From Gammaproteobacteria bacterium (GTDB lineage: Bacteria; Pseudomonadota; Gammaproteobacteria; CAJXQU01): a DNA stretch of 64,000 nt. Every line of letters begins with the position of its first letter. The first letter of the stretch is position 1. The notes under the pieces were generated by a model, which was not told the origin of the DNA, did not search any database, and saw only the letters and a program-made list of their open reading frames with translations. The stretch covers positions 3,008,001 through 3,072,000 of the forward strand of contig CBDEGZ010000003.1 of NCBI GenBank assembly GCA_965238175.1. The letters run 5' to 3'. Below are positions 49,860 to 61,716 of the stretch, piece by piece. Position numbers and translations under genes: made by a program.

Positions 49860-51023
49860 TTAGTTCATACTCTCGTTTATAAAAGAACTATGATCTGGAA
49901 CATGCGGTAAATCTCTTTCCACCCATTCTTCGATCACTATATCCGGTTTTTCAGACTCTACGTAATTTGTCAAAGTAGAATAATTTAACCTTTCCATTAG
50001 GTAAGTAGAGCGTTTAAACTTGCGGGAAAAATAAGGCTCCATTACAATAAAAAATGAATCTCTAAAAATAACTGCATTTAGATTCTCACTCTCGCAAGTC
50101 ACTGTATAAGCTCGAGTATCTCCAGGAACCGGCATTTCTTTTTTCAGATCGCATCCCTTTTCAAAGTTCGGCATTGGTTGCATTTCAGTAATGCCCTCAA
50201 CTTTCGCAATACCTAAAAGATCTCCGTCATTCTTTTCTATCATTGTAAAATCACTTTCAAATAACAATTCCGGCAATATTTTATTAGGAAAAAACATTTC
50301 AATTTCTTTCATTATTTTGAATTGTACAATATTCGCTGCAAAGTGATTCCAATGTGTATCTGTTTTAAAATACACTTGATGTTTTTTCTTTTCTTCCAGT
50401 AATTCTTTTCTCACATCAACGACAGTAAGATCTGTATTTTTACGTAAATATTTAATTAGTTGATCCGCAGCTGATTCTTTATTTTGTTTGGAAATATATT
50501 CTGGTAAATTTTCAAAGTAGATTGTATGTTTATTTGGCGCTACCATAAAAATATACTCTATACCTCTTTTATTTAGCCAGCTTTTTACCGCCATAATTGA
50601 TTTTCTAAACTTTTCAAGCTCCTCTTCAGTATAGAGATTAACATTCATTACATCCCCAATTGGATCACCATATCGGTTATATCCAGCTTTTACTGCCCCT
50701 AAAAACATCCATCCACCTTTACCAAAAGTTACATCTTGCGTAATAGAGCGATAATTTATTTTTTTCATTATTTTAAAATAGCTCATCGTTAAAGACTCAC
50801 GGAATCCAAAATGATCAGAATAGTATTGATCAAATAGAGTTGGATATTTAACGATCTCACCTATTGATTCTGGTAACTCAGGCAGCATGGCTAAGTTTCT
50901 TTTTTCAACCTTTGAAGACCTTACATCTTTTTCAATGATTCCCTTTATAAATGGCAAAAAGATCAGCAGTAAAAATGAAAGACTGATAATAATATTTTTG
51001 AATTTATAAAAAGTTAAATTCAT
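49860..51023 (-). CDS. AlgJ/AlgX-like SGNH O-acetyltransferase
   Basis: EKRNLA..P, DHFGFR, APNKHTIY, KTDTHWN, FRDSF, PDIVIEE.VER. Confidence 0.88.
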   Translation of the reverse strand: MNLTFYKFKNIIISLSFLLLIFLPFIKGIIEKDVRSSKVEKRNLAMLPELPESIGEIVKYPTLFDQYYSDHFGFRESLTMSYFKIMKKINYRSITQDVTFGKGGWMFLGAVKAGYNRYGDPIGDVMNVNLYTEEELEKFRKSIMAVKSWLNKRGIEYIFMVAPNKHTIYFENLPEYISKQNKESAADQLIKYLRKNTDLTVVDVRKELLEEKKKHQVYFKTDTHWNHFAANIVQFKIMKEIEMFFPNKILPELLFESDFTMIEKNDGDLLGIAKVEGITEMQPMPNFEKGCDLKKEMPVPGDTRAYTVTCESENLNAVIFRDSFFIVMEPYFSRKFKRSTYLMERLNYSTLTNYVESEKPDIVIEEWVERDLPHVPDHSSFINESMN

Positions 51024-51032
51024 ATCATTTCT

Positions 51033-52484
51033 TTAAAATCTAAAATAGATAAATGGGTTATATGTAGAAGAAGCTACCTTCAATATACTTACGTAGAATA
51101 ATAAAAATAGAGATATAGTTTTAGAAAATTCTAAAATTACAATTGTCATTAAAGTACGATTCAAAGCAATAATTTTAAGTTTATTTGAAAGAAATAAATA
51201 AAATGGTGTTGCTAAGAAAATTCCAATAGAAAATGCATAAATCGCCTCTGCAGATAACACTTGATTTAATTGAAATAGTGTCATTTTAAATTCGCTAAAG
51301 CTGAACATTGTTTTTAAATATTGAAATGATTCTGGAAGCGTCTCAGCCCTGAAAAATACCCATCCTATAATGACTACAAATAACAAATATATATGCTGTA
51401 GCGGTTCCCATAACTTACTTAATAAACTCGACAAACCTATTCGCTCAAATGTTAAGAACGCACCATGAAATAAACCCCAGATGATGAAATTCCAACTTGC
51501 CCCATGCCATACACCTGTCAAAATAAAAACAATGAATAAATTAATATAAACACGCGAACTTGAAACTTTACTACCACCTAGAGGGATATAGACATAGTCT
51601 CGAAACCAACTAGAAAGAGAAATATGCCATCGTCTCCAAAACTCTCGCAAAGATTTTGCAATATACGGATAATTAAAATTTTCAAGAAAACGAAAGCCAA
51701 ACATTCGACCTAAGCCAATGGCCATATCTGAATAACCGGAAAAATCAAAATATATCTGTAAGGTATACGCAAGAATTCCTATCCATGCTAGTGGTGTAGT
51801 TAAATCTGATCCAGATAATGCAAAAACATTATCAACCACTTCCCCAAGTGGATTTGCAATCAGCATTTTTTTCGCCAGTCCGAAAATAAATTTCTTAACT
51901 CCACTAGCAAATAACTCGACGCTATGTAAGCGTCGAGTTATTTGTGTGGCAACATCATGATAGCGAACAATAGGACCGGCGATTAGTTGTGGAAATAGTG
52001 AAATATACAATGCCAGGTTGATAATTCTTGTTTGTGGCTTAACTTCTTTACGATAAATATCAACGACATACGAAATTGCCTGAAACGTAAAAAAGGAAAT
52101 CCCTAATGGTAAATGAACAGGATCAATATTTATGCGGGGAAGATTCACCGCTAATAATAGTATGTTCAGACTATCCGAAATAAAATTTACATATTTAAAT
52201 GAAACTAGTAACCCAGCATTAATAATAATAGCTATTATCAAAAATAATTTTGCTCTATTTGGATTTTCATTTTCTAATAAAGAGCGATGTATATATAAAC
52301 CACAACTATAATTCGCAATAATGGAAATGAGCATTAAACCAAGGTAAAAAACTTCACCCCAGGCATAAAACAATAAACTTGCCAATAACAATACAACATT
52401 CCGTATTACAGTCGGAGAGCTATAGTAAAGAAATAAGACCAGTGGCAAAAAACCAAACAAAAATATTGCAGAACTGAAAACCAA
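51033..52484 (-). CDS. algI: MBOAT O-acetyltransferase, AlgI/DltB family
   Basis: LPLGISFFTFQ, FPQLIAGPIVRY, YFDFSGYSDMAIG, FWRRWHISLS, GVWHGA, C-terminal NPFIYFRF. Confidence 0.9.
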   Translation of the reverse strand: MVFSSAIFLFGFLPLVLFLYYSSPTVIRNVVLLLASLLFYAWGEVFYLGLMLISIIANYSCGLYIHRSLLENENPNRAKLFLIIAIIINAGLLVSFKYVNFISDSLNILLLAVNLPRINIDPVHLPLGISFFTFQAISYVVDIYRKEVKPQTRIINLALYISLFPQLIAGPIVRYHDVATQITRRLHSVELFASGVKKFIFGLAKKMLIANPLGEVVDNVFALSGSDLTTPLAWIGILAYTLQIYFDFSGYSDMAIGLGRMFGFRFLENFNYPYIAKSLREFWRRWHISLSSWFRDYVYIPLGGSKVSSSRVYINLFIVFILTGVWHGASWNFIIWGLFHGAFLTFERIGLSSLLSKLWEPLQHIYLLFVVIIGWVFFRAETLPESFQYLKTMFSFSEFKMTLFQLNQVLSAEAIYAFSIGIFLATPFYLFLSNKLKIIALNRTLMTIVILEFSKTISLFLLFYVSILKVASSTYNPFIYFRF

Positions 52485-52627
52485 AACAACCTCTGAAAGA
52501 TATTAGAACTAATTTAGAAAAACATTAACTAAAAAGTCATTTTCCTAAAATAGTAGTATATTTTATTGTGTTGATTATACACATACTCAATATTTACAAA
52601 GCATCTAAAGCCAATGCTGTAATATTT

Positions 52628-53968
52628 TTAAGACTTACTGTTTTGCCAAGGATTTTTACGTGGCGTAGAACTGCCACCACCATCAGCTCCCATTGACCTT
52701 GTATTTCTTCGTCTACGAGATTTACCTGGTTTAGAATTACGATCAGATGTTTTACCTGCACTTGCTCTTCGCTTTTGTGATCGTCCCCTCCCTTGCGAAT
52801 TATTTTTCTTAGTAGGTTCAGGTTTAATCGTTGGATCAGGTTCAAAACCATCAATAACAACTTTTGTGATCTGTCGATTAATTAATTTTTCGATATCTCG
52901 TAATGATTTTTTCTCATCAATACAGACCAAAGAAACAGCAACACCTTCATTTCCGGCGCGACCGGTTCGACCTATACGATGTACATAATCTTCCGACACA
53001 TTGGGTAATTCATAATTAACCACATGGGGTAATTGATCGATATCTAATCCACGTGCTGCGACATCAGTTGCAACTAACACTTGTACTTTATTATCTTTAA
53101 AAGATGCTAATGCTTGCGTTCGTTGGTTCTGGCTTTTATTGCCATGAATCGCGACGGCTGGAATACGCTCACGATTCAGTTGTTTTGCTAAGCGATCCGC
53201 ACCGTGTTTTGTACGGGTAAAAACTAAAACCTGATACCACTTTTCTTTTTTGATCAAAAAAGACAATAACTCGCGTTTACGTTCTTTATCAACAGGATGA
53301 ATAATCTGCTCGACAATTTCAGCAGTTGTATTCTGCCTGGCCACTTCAATCAGAGAAGGTGATTTCAATAAGGTTTCAGATAATTTTTTGATCTCTTTGG
53401 AGAAGGTTGCAGAAAATAATAATGTTTGTCGTTGTTTTGGAAGCATCGCCATAATCTTTTGAATATCTCGAATGAATCCCATATCTAACATTCGATCGGC
53501 TTCATCAAGAACCAGTATTTCAATCTTAGAAAGATCGATTGTTTTTTGTTGTAAATGATCAAGAAGACGTCCCGGCGTCGCAACGATAATATCCGGATTG
53601 CGACGTAATCGAGCGACCTGCGGGCCGATTTTCACGCCACCAAAAATAACGTTGGATCTTAATGAGACATACTTTCCATAGGTTTTAATACTCTCTTCTA
53701 CTTGCGCTGCCAGTTCTCGTGTCGGAGTAAGCACCAATGCGCGTATTGGTCTGTTTGTGGTTTTAAATTTTTGCTGACTTAAGCGATGTAAGAGTGGCAG
53801 CGTAAAGCCGGCTGTTTTTCCCGTTCCGGTTTGTGCTCCGGCGAGTAAATCTTTTCCTTTGAGTACAACAGGAATTGCCTGTTGTTGGATAGGAGTGGGT
53901 TCTGTGTATCCCTGTTCTGAGACAGCACGAAGTAATTCAGCCGAAAGGCCAAGTTTATCAAATGACAT
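52628..53968 (-). CDS. rhlE: DEAD-box RNA helicase RhlE
   Basis: [40 protein letters not shown]; basic tail. Confidence 0.92.
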   Translation of the reverse strand: MSFDKLGLSAELLRAVSEQGYTEPTPIQQQAIPVVLKGKDLLAGAQTGTGKTAGFTLPLLHRLSQQKFKTTNRPIRALVLTPTRELAAQVEESIKTYGKYVSLRSNVIFGGVKIGPQVARLRRNPDIIVATPGRLLDHLQQKTIDLSKIEILVLDEADRMLDMGFIRDIQKIMAMLPKQRQTLLFSATFSKEIKKLSETLLKSPSLIEVARQNTTAEIVEQIIHPVDKERKRELLSFLIKKEKWYQVLVFTRTKHGADRLAKQLNRERIPAVAIHGNKSQNQRTQALASFKDNKVQVLVATDVAARGLDIDQLPHVVNYELPNVSEDYVHRIGRTGRAGNEGVAVSLVCIDEKKSLRDIEKLINRQITKVVIDGFEPDPTIKPEPTKKNNSQGRGRSQKRRASAGKTSDRNSKPGKSRRRRNTRSMGADGGGSSTPRKNPWQNSKS

Positions 53969-54237
53969 ATAAATAATTATTCCAATTAGAGCCTACCCAA
54001 CATCTATGGGACGGTCTTAGGCGAGTTATCTAAGAATTAATACATTCTTAAATATAAAAAATAGTGACCAATGAGAGGTGACTTCTATAACTTAGAAAGC
54101 AATTAGCTTTCTATCAACACAGACCGAAGTGTGCTGGAATGCGCGGCATTGTAACAGAACTCCTCCGAATAGAAAGCCCCGTAACAATTGATAAAAATAA
54201 CTTATCTCAATTGGAAGAACTCGTTACAATAAAAACC

Positions 54238-54648
54238 ATGTATGTTATTTCTAATAATGTTTCAATTTCTGAAGACGAGATCGTTATCACAGCAATCCGT
54301 GCTCAGGGCTCTGGTGGGCAAAACGTCAATAAAGTGTCGACTGCGATCCACTTACGTTTTGATATTCACACATCCTCTTTACCGGAATCTTATAAATTGA
54401 AACTGTTATCTAATGGTGATAAACGAATAACTAAAGAAGGCATTATTATTCTCAAAGCACAACAACATCGCAGTCAGGAGAAAAATAAAAAAGAGGCCAT
54501 AGATCGACTAATACAGATAATTAAAGCGGCGGGTATTACTCAGAAAAAAAGAAAGAAAACCAAACCATCTTACGGATCAAAAATGAAACGTTTAGATAAA
54601 AAGAACAAACGGAGCCAGGTTAAAGATCTTAGAAAAAAGATCGTTTAA
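54238..54648 (+). CDS. arfB: Alternative ribosome rescue factor B (YaeJ)
   Basis: GSGGQNVNKV GGQ motif, RSQEKN, basic C-terminal tail. Confidence 0.93.
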   Translation: MYVISNNVSISEDEIVITAIRAQGSGGQNVNKVSTAIHLRFDIHTSSLPESYKLKLLSNGDKRITKEGIIILKAQQHRSQEKNKKEAIDRLIQIIKAAGITQKKRKKTKPSYGSKMKRLDKKNKRSQVKDLRKKIV

Positions 54649-54669
54649 CCTGCTCCAAATATAATTATC

Positions 54670-56568
54670 CTAAGCGCTCATTTCCATAAACATCTCATTC
54701 AAGCGATGTACAAACCCGGCAGGATCTTCTAACTTTCCACCTTCACTGAGTAAGGCTTGATCAAATAAAATATTACCCCAATCGTTGAAACGTTCATCTT
54801 CTTTTTCAGCTTTTAGTTTGATCAAAATTGGATGATCAGGATTAATTTCCAGAACACGTTTTGAGCTTGGCAGTTGCTGACCAGAAGCCTCAAGAATCCG
54901 TTGTAAACTGGCTTCCATATCTTGCTCACCTGCTACCAGACAAGCTGGTGACGTTGTCAGTCTATTAGTAACACGCACTTCTTTAACTTTCTCTTCCAGC
55001 AAGGTTTCAAGACGTTTGAGAACATCCTTATATTCGCCAGTTTTCTTCTCAGATTCTTTCTTGTCTTCTTTGTCATCAAGCTCGCCCAGATCAAGTTCGC
55101 CTTTGGTGATCGACTGCAATTCCTTACTGTCAAATTCTGTTAGATGATTAACTAACCACTCATCAACATGATCGGACAACAACAGCACTTCAATTCCTTT
55201 GTTACGGAAGATCTCAAGATGCGGACTGTTTTTGATCGTTGTATAACTTTCACCGACAACGTAGAAAATATTTTTCTGCCCTTCTTGCATGCGGCCAACA
55301 TAATCTTCCAATGAAACATTTTGTTCTTCACTGTCTTGATTGGTTGATGCAAAACGTAATAATTTCGCGATTTGATCTTTATTTTTATCATCGTCAACAA
55401 TTCCTTCTTTAATGACTCGACCAAACTCTTTCCAGAACTTATCGTAACCGTCTTTCTTCGCTAGTTTTCCGATCATGCCAAGTATTTTTTTCACTGACGC
55501 AGCACGGATTTTTTCGATAACTTTGTTGTGTTGCAGAATCTCACGCGAAACATTTAATGGTAGATCATTCGTGTCAACTATACCGCGAATAAAGCGCAGA
55601 TAAGAAGGGATCAATTGTTCCGCATCGTCCATTATAAAAACACGTCGCACGTAAAGTTTTACGCCGTGCTTTTGATTACGATCCCACAGATCAAATGGTG
55701 CACGATTTGGGACAAAAAATAAGGTGCTATATTCAAGATTACCTTCAACCTGACTATGGATCCGTGCCATTGGATCCTCATAATCATGGCCAATATGTTT
55801 GTAGAGTTCGTTGTACTCCTCATCAGAGATATCTTTTTTTGATCTGGTCCATAAAGCTTTTGCAGAATTGATCGTTTCATATTCGATCTCTTTTTTCTCT
55901 TCACCTTCTTCATCAAAGTTTTCTTTCAACATGATGATCGGCAGATTAAGATGATCAGAATATTTGCGAATAACTTCACGAAGCTTGTAACTGTTTATAA
56001 ATTCTTTGGCATCTTTGCGCATATGCAGGACGATTTCTGTACCGCGCGCTTTTTTATTGACTGACTCAATCGTATATTCACCCTGTCCTTCAGATTCCCA
56101 ACGAACGCCTTCGTCTTCATTTGTACCCGCCTTACGAGTCGTCAGAGTCACTGAATCTGCAACGATAAAGGCGGAGTAAAAACCAACACCAAACTGACCG
56201 ATCAATTGCGAGTCTTTCTTTTCATCGCCGGTAATGGCACTAAAAAATTCTTTGGTTCCAGATTTCGCGATGGTACCGATATGATCGATGACTTCTTCTC
56301 GCGTCATACCAATACCATTATCTGTAATCGTAATGGTCTTCGCTTTTTCATCGAAATCAACATGAACATTAAGTTCCGCATCACCTTCAAACAAAGCATC
56401 ATTCGACAAAGCTTCAAAACGCAGCTTGTCACAGGCATCAGATGCATTGGAAATAAGCTCACGCAGGAATATCTCACGGTTGCTATATAAAGAGTGGATC
56501 ATTAGATCCAGTAATTGTTTAACTTCCGACTGGAAGCCCAGCGTTTCTTTATTTACATCAGCAGTCAT
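54670..56568 (-). CDS. htpG: Molecular chaperone HtpG (Hsp90)
   Basis: HSLYSNREIFLRELISNASDA, IGQFGVGFYS, DLPLNVSREILQ. Confidence 0.98.
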   Translation of the reverse strand: MTADVNKETLGFQSEVKQLLDLMIHSLYSNREIFLRELISNASDACDKLRFEALSNDALFEGDAELNVHVDFDEKAKTITITDNGIGMTREEVIDHIGTIAKSGTKEFFSAITGDEKKDSQLIGQFGVGFYSAFIVADSVTLTTRKAGTNEDEGVRWESEGQGEYTIESVNKKARGTEIVLHMRKDAKEFINSYKLREVIRKYSDHLNLPIIMLKENFDEEGEEKKEIEYETINSAKALWTRSKKDISDEEYNELYKHIGHDYEDPMARIHSQVEGNLEYSTLFFVPNRAPFDLWDRNQKHGVKLYVRRVFIMDDAEQLIPSYLRFIRGIVDTNDLPLNVSREILQHNKVIEKIRAASVKKILGMIGKLAKKDGYDKFWKEFGRVIKEGIVDDDKNKDQIAKLLRFASTNQDSEEQNVSLEDYVGRMQEGQKNIFYVVGESYTTIKNSPHLEIFRNKGIEVLLLSDHVDEWLVNHLTEFDSKELQSITKGELDLGELDDKEDKKESEKKTGEYKDVLKRLETLLEEKVKEVRVTNRLTTSPACLVAGEQDMEASLQRILEASGQQLPSSKRVLEINPDHPILIKLKAEKEDERFNDWGNILFDQALLSEGGKLEDPAGFVHRLNEMFMEMSA

Positions 56569-56600
56569 ATCAAACAGATTCTCTCGAAATAAAAAATTAA

Positions 56601-56629
56601 AGGTGGGGATCAAACCCTATGATTTCAAG
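56601..56629 (-). promoter_or_regulatory. sigma32 (RpoH) promoter of htpG
   Basis: Minus strand CTTGAAA-N14-CCCCACCT upstream of htpG. Confidence 0.75.
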
Positions 56630-56694
56630 GCTGTCAATGGCAATTTCTTCTCAAGTTGGTAACATTGATAGCTATTCCAACGAATAAAAAAAGA

Positions 56695-57429
56695 ATGAGT
56701 CTGGCGCGAAATCCTTTTCTTAAACAATTGATCAGTAGTTTTTTTGATCTATTACCTATATTGCTGGTGGTTTCCGCGTTTCAACTGCTTGTGATCCGCC
56801 AGCCAATTCCTGATTTGGTCAGTCTAATATTCGGTACTTTACTGGTTATTATTGGCCTCACTTTTTTCGTCCAAGGATTGGAACAAGGACTCTTCCCGAT
56901 CGGTGAAGCCATGGCTTACGCCTTTGCAAAAAAAGGCAGCATTATCTGGTTATTAATCTTCGCTTTCTCGCTTGGTTTCGCAACTACAGTAGCAGAACCA
57001 GCACTCATTGCTGTCGGTGAAGAGGCTGCGAATGTCGCTGCAGAAGGCGGCATGATCGACAATACGGATGACTCAAGGAAAGACTATGCCTTTGGTTTAC
57101 GAATTACCGTTGCCTTCTCGGTGGGATTCGCGATCCTTCTCGGTGTTTTACGGATCCTAAAAGGCTGGCCACTACAAAACCTGATTATTCCTGGTTACGC
57201 AGGAATTTTGATAATGACATTTTTTGCACCACCAGAAATTGTCGGGATTGCATATGATTCAGGTGGTGTGACAACATCAACCATCACCGTTCCACTAGTC
57301 ACAGCATTAGGCGTCGGGCTCGCTTCCTCAATCAAAGGCCGTAATCCGATGACAGATGGTTTTGGCCTGATAGCAATTGCTTCGTTGACGCCGATTATCT
57401 TCGTTATGTGCTATGGATTGTTAATATGA
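56695..57429 (+). CDS. DUF1538 family membrane protein (copy 1)
   Basis: [45 protein letters not shown]. Confidence 0.88.
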   Translation: MSLARNPFLKQLISSFFDLLPILLVVSAFQLLVIRQPIPDLVSLIFGTLLVIIGLTFFVQGLEQGLFPIGEAMAYAFAKKGSIIWLLIFAFSLGFATTVAEPALIAVGEEAANVAAEGGMIDNTDDSRKDYAFGLRITVAFSVGFAILLGVLRILKGWPLQNLIIPGYAGILIMTFFAPPEIVGIAYDSGGVTTSTITVPLVTALGVGLASSIKGRNPMTDGFGLIAIASLTPIIFVMCYGLLI

Positions 57430-58199
57430 CGGAGCATCTAATCGAATTATGGGCACTGTTCAGTCACTCGTTGTTAGCGACGACACGAGATATTTTGCCG
57501 ATTGTTGCAACCATTATTGGTTTTCAAATTCTCGTCATCCGAAAACCAATCAAAAACCCGAAAAAAATCGCGATTGGTTTTTTTTACGTTGTAATTGGTA
57601 TTGCGTTATTCCTCGAAGGGCTTGAAATGGCACTTTTCCCACTTGGAAAACTAATGGCCGCTCAGTTAACCAATCCAGAGTTTATTCAAGCCGGTGATAT
57701 CTTAAACTGGAAGGATTACACTTGGGTTTATATCTTCGCTTTTTGTATTGGTTTCTCGACAACCTTGGCCGAGCCTTCACTTCTGGCTGTTGCAATCAAA
57801 GCTCAGGAGATCTCGGGTGGCGCGATCAAATCCTGGCCTCTAAGGCTCACTGTCTCTACAGGTGTCGCATTCGGAATAGCACTCGGCTCTTTCAGAATCG
57901 TAAGCGGAACCGATCTCTATTTATATATTATTGTCGGTTATATCGTCGTCATTATCTTAACCATGTTTTCGTCGAAAATGATCCTTGGTTTAGCATTTGA
58001 CTCCGGAGGTGTAACTACCTCCACCGTCACCGTTCCGCTGGTCACAGCACTTGGTTTAGGCCTAGCATCAAATGTCCCAGATCGTAACCCATTACTCGAT
58101 GGTTTCGGCCTGATCGCCTTTGCCGGCCTGTTCGCAATTATTGCTGTTTTATCTTATGCCATGCTCGCTGATATGCTAGCAAAACATAAAAAATCATAA
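57426..58199 (+). CDS. DUF1538 family membrane protein (copy 2)
   Basis: [47 protein letters not shown]; ATGA overlap with copy 1. Confidence 0.88.
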   Translation: MTEHLIELWALFSHSLLATTRDILPIVATIIGFQILVIRKPIKNPKKIAIGFFYVVIGIALFLEGLEMALFPLGKLMAAQLTNPEFIQAGDILNWKDYTWVYIFAFCIGFSTTLAEPSLLAVAIKAQEISGGAIKSWPLRLTVSTGVAFGIALGSFRIVSGTDLYLYIIVGYIVVIILTMFSSKMILGLAFDSGGVTTSTVTVPLVTALGLGLASNVPDRNPLLDGFGLIAFAGLFAIIAVLSYAMLADMLAKHKKS

Positions 58200-58212
58200 G
58201 GAGGATTTACTT

Positions 58213-58563
58213 ATGCGCTTTAAGTTAATCATAGTGTTTGTCGAAGACGACAAGACTGATCTGGTGCTAGACACCTCGCGAGAAGCCGGTGCTACTGGCG
58301 CAACGGTGATCAGCAATGCCAGAGGTGAAGGCATCAAACAATCGAAAACGTTTTTCGGCTTGACGCTAGAAACACAACGCGATGTTGTGCTGCTTTTAGT
58401 CGAGGAACATATGGCCAGACAAATTCTGGAAAAAATTTCTGATGTCGCCGAGTTTGATGAAAAACCCGGCACCGGCATTGCGTTTCAAATTGATGTCGAA
58501 GATGCGATTGGTGTACGCCATCAAGTCTGGGATCTCACCAAAGTTATTAAGGAGGAGTTATGA
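58213..58563 (+). CDS. PII-like signal transduction protein
   Basis: FKLIIVFV, AGATGATV..ARGEG, PGTGIAF.IDV..AIG; lacks the canonical GlnB T-loop tyrosine motif. Confidence 0.85.
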   Translation: MRFKLIIVFVEDDKTDLVLDTSREAGATGATVISNARGEGIKQSKTFFGLTLETQRDVVLLLVEEHMARQILEKISDVAEFDEKPGTGIAFQIDVEDAIGVRHQVWDLTKVIKEEL

Positions 58564-58964
58564 GCGATAACCCAATAGTTCGCGTTCGCGATGTAATGAA
58601 AACAGCCTTCATTACCATTGATGGTGTTGCCACAGTGGCAGAAGCTGTTTCAATGATGAAGCAAAATAAAACATCTGTACTGGTCGTCAACAAACGTTAT
58701 GACGATGATGAGTATGGACTGATCCTGGCTGGCCAAATTGCCCGCCACGTGCTCAGCAAGGATCGCCCACCAGGTCGCGTAAACGTTTATGAGATTATGC
58801 ACAAGCCGGTGATTTCAGTTCATCCGGATATGGATATTCGTCATTGTTCAAGACTGTTCGCACAGTATGATCTAATGCGCGCTCCTGTTATAGAAAACCG
58901 TGACATTATCGGCATGGTCAGTCCAATCTCATTGGTACTTGATGGTCTTTCAAAATTTAGTTAA
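58560..58964 (+). CDS. Stand-alone CBS-pair protein
   Basis: VRDVM...TV.EA...M, EYGLI, V.EIM.KP, APVIE...IIG.V. Confidence 0.88.
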   Translation: MSDNPIVRVRDVMKTAFITIDGVATVAEAVSMMKQNKTSVLVVNKRYDDDEYGLILAGQIARHVLSKDRPPGRVNVYEIMHKPVISVHPDMDIRHCSRLFAQYDLMRAPVIENRDIIGMVSPISLVLDGLSKFS

Positions 58965-61549
58965 TGACATCTGAACATACCCCTGCGATGCAGCAGTATC
59001 TTGGCTTTAAAGCCGAGTATCCTGACAAACTACTGTTTTTTCAAATGGGAGACTTTTATGAATTCTTTTTTGAAGATGCGCGGCGTGCAAATGAACTGTT
59101 AGGGCTTGCATTAACCAAACGCGGCAACTCGGCTGGCGAGCCTATTCCAATGGCGGGCATGCCAATGCATGCATCAGAAAATTATCTGGCCAAGTTGGTC
59201 GAAATCGGCGAGTCGATCGTCATTTGTGATCAAGTCGGTGATCCCGCGACTAGCAAAGGCCCGGTCGAACGCAAAATCACCCGCATCATCACACCGGGGA
59301 CGATAACCGACGAAGCCTTACTAAAAGAACGCCAGGATAATCTGCTATTAGCAATACATGAGCTTGATCAAAAAATTGGCCTCGCATGGTTAGATCTCAG
59401 TGGTGGTCGATTTCATGTTATGGAGATTTTTCAGCATTCGGATCGCAACGCAAATAAAGACAACAAACACGATGAATTGATCGCAGAATTGGAACGACTA
59501 CAACCTGCCGAAATTCTGATCAGTGAAGATTCCCCATTACTGGCAGCCTTAAAAAATCATAACTCTATTTCAACCATGTCGCCCTGGTATTTTGATCTAG
59601 ATAGCGCCACACGTCAGCTCAAAGAACATTTTGAAGTAACAGATTTAAAAGGCTACGGTTGTGATCAATTGCCTTCAACTATCTCGGCTGCGGGATGTCT
59701 TTTGCAATACACCCGCGAAACGCAACGCTCCTCGCTGCCACATCTGACCGAATTAAAACTTGAAACCCTCAGCGACACGATCACAATTGATGCAGCTAGC
59801 CGCCAGAACTTAGAAATTCTCAACAGTTTGTCAGGCGAACGTCGCCACAGCCTCGCACACTTGATCGACTCAGCGGTAACCGGTATGGGAAGTCGTATGT
59901 TATGTCGCTGGTTGCAAGCACCATTGCGAGATCATGCAACGATCAAATTTCGGCATCATGCCGTCGCCACCTTGATCGAAAATCAACACTATTCTGATCT
60001 ACAAGAAACACTACGCGCCATCGGCGACATGGAACGCATCACCACGCGTATTGCACTCAAATCTGCTCGACCAAGAGATCTCGCTCAACTTCGCTCATCA
60101 ATAGGTGCGTTGCCTTATATCAAAAAACATCTGGCCGAATTGGACAGTCCAAGACTACAACAACTTTCTGATCAGATTAACCAATTTCCCGAAATGCTTT
60201 CTCTACTTACAAATGCGATTATCGAAATGCCACCCGCACTCATTCGTGATGGTGGAATGATCGCAGAAGGCTATCACGCTGAATTGGATGAGTTACGAAC
60301 ACTCAGCAAAAATGCCAGCGACTATCTTGATCAACTTGAGATCCGCGAGCGCGAAAGCACTGGCATCCAAACGCTAAAAGTTGGCTACAACCGCGTGCAC
60401 GGTTATTACATTGAGATCAGCCGCCTGCAAAGCAATGACGTTCCAACCCATTATCATCGCCGGCAAACACTCAAAGCAACTGAACGCTTCATCACTCCAG
60501 AACTAAAAGAATATGAGGACAAAGTGCTTAGTGCGGGTGAAAAAGCATTGAAACTAGAGAAGGCACTCTATGCTGATCTACTCGATCAATTAACCAAACA
60601 CACACCCGAACTTCAATCAACCGGAGCCGCTATCGCAGAACTCGACGTGCTCGGAAGTTTTGCCGAACGTGCAGTGACTTTGGATCTCGCACAACCGGAT
60701 CTAAGTCAGACGAGCCAGATCAATATTGAAGCAGGTCGTCATCCAGTTGTTGAGCAAATTCAAGAAGAAAGTTTTATTCCCAATGATCTGATCATGAATG
60801 AAGATCGAAAAATGTTGATCATCACTGGTCCAAACATGGGTGGTAAATCCACCTACATGCGACAAATCGCACTGATTGTTTTGCTCGCCCACTGCGGTAG
60901 TTTTGTTCCAGCAAAATCTGCCGGCATAGGAAATATTGATCGCATTTTTACCCGCATTGGCGCCAGTGATGATCTAGCCTCTGGACGTTCAACCTTTATG
61001 GTCGAAATGATCGAAACGGCAAATATTCTCAACAATGCCACACAAAACTCGCTAGTCTTAATGGACGAAATCGGACGTGGCACCAGCACCTTCGATGGAC
61101 TTTCGCTAGCGTGGGCAAGCTCGATCCATTTACTTGAAAACATCGGCGCATGGACATTATTCGCTACGCATTATTTTGAAATGACCGCGATCCCAGAAAA
61201 ACATCCCTCCGCGATCAATGTACGCCTTGATGCGATCGAACACAAAGACAAACTAGTTTTCATGCACACCGTAAAAGATGGCCCAGCCAATCGCAGTTAC
61301 GGATTACAAGTCGCACAGCTGGCCGGTGTTCCAAAAGACGTGATCAAGCAAGCACGTGTTCGATTAAAACAATTAGAAAATCGTGAATCCACCATTATTC
61401 ATCCATTAGAGCAAAACGAACAACTTGAACTACTGCCCTCCACTGCCATGCTCGAACTGGCCGAAAAGATCAAAAATATAAACCCCGATGAATTAAGTCC
61501 GAAAGAAGCATTAGAAAAATTGTATGAGTTGAAGGGGTCGTTAGGGTGA
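58964..61549 (+). CDS. mutS: DNA mismatch repair protein MutS
   Basis: [45 protein letters not shown]. Confidence 0.98.
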   Translation: MTSEHTPAMQQYLGFKAEYPDKLLFFQMGDFYEFFFEDARRANELLGLALTKRGNSAGEPIPMAGMPMHASENYLAKLVEIGESIVICDQVGDPATSKGPVERKITRIITPGTITDEALLKERQDNLLLAIHELDQKIGLAWLDLSGGRFHVMEIFQHSDRNANKDNKHDELIAELERLQPAEILISEDSPLLAALKNHNSISTMSPWYFDLDSATRQLKEHFEVTDLKGYGCDQLPSTISAAGCLLQYTRETQRSSLPHLTELKLETLSDTITIDAASRQNLEILNSLSGERRHSLAHLIDSAVTGMGSRMLCRWLQAPLRDHATIKFRHHAVATLIENQHYSDLQETLRAIGDMERITTRIALKSARPRDLAQLRSSIGALPYIKKHLAELDSPRLQQLSDQINQFPEMLSLLTNAIIEMPPALIRDGGMIAEGYHAELDELRTLSKNASDYLDQLEIRERESTGIQTLKVGYNRVHGYYIEISRLQSNDVPTHYHRRQTLKATERFITPELKEYEDKVLSAGEKALKLEKALYADLLDQLTKHTPELQSTGAAIAELDVLGSFAERAVTLDLAQPDLSQTSQINIEAGRHPVVEQIQEESFIPNDLIMNEDRKMLIITGPNMGGKSTYMRQIALIVLLAHCGSFVPAKSAGIGNIDRIFTRIGASDDLASGRSTFMVEMIETANILNNATQNSLVLMDEIGRGTSTFDGLSLAWASSIHLLENIGAWTLFATHYFEMTAIPEKHPSAINVRLDAIEHKDKLVFMHTVKDGPANRSYGLQVAQLAGVPKDVIKQARVRLKQLENRESTIIHPLEQNEQLELLPSTAMLELAEKIKNINPDELSPKEALEKLYELKGSLG

Positions 61550-61716
61550 TTTATTCAGTTTGTTTTGCATACCACTTACACTTTATAGTTCGCCAGAAAT
61601 ACTAAAGTGTATACACCAAAGTCGTTACATTTTGTATCTTAATGGAGGTACGCGCTCGTTCATCAATACTCATAGAAACCGCAAGGAATAGAACTTTACA
61701 GAAGCTTTAAAGGATA

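Noticed and set aside
54139-54237. N-terminal extension of ArfB
   Set aside because: ArfB-like sequence begins at ATG 54238; the extension shows no recognisable conservation.
61550-61716. Possible gene remnant between mutS and IS30
   Set aside because: Only very short frames with no motif I can support.
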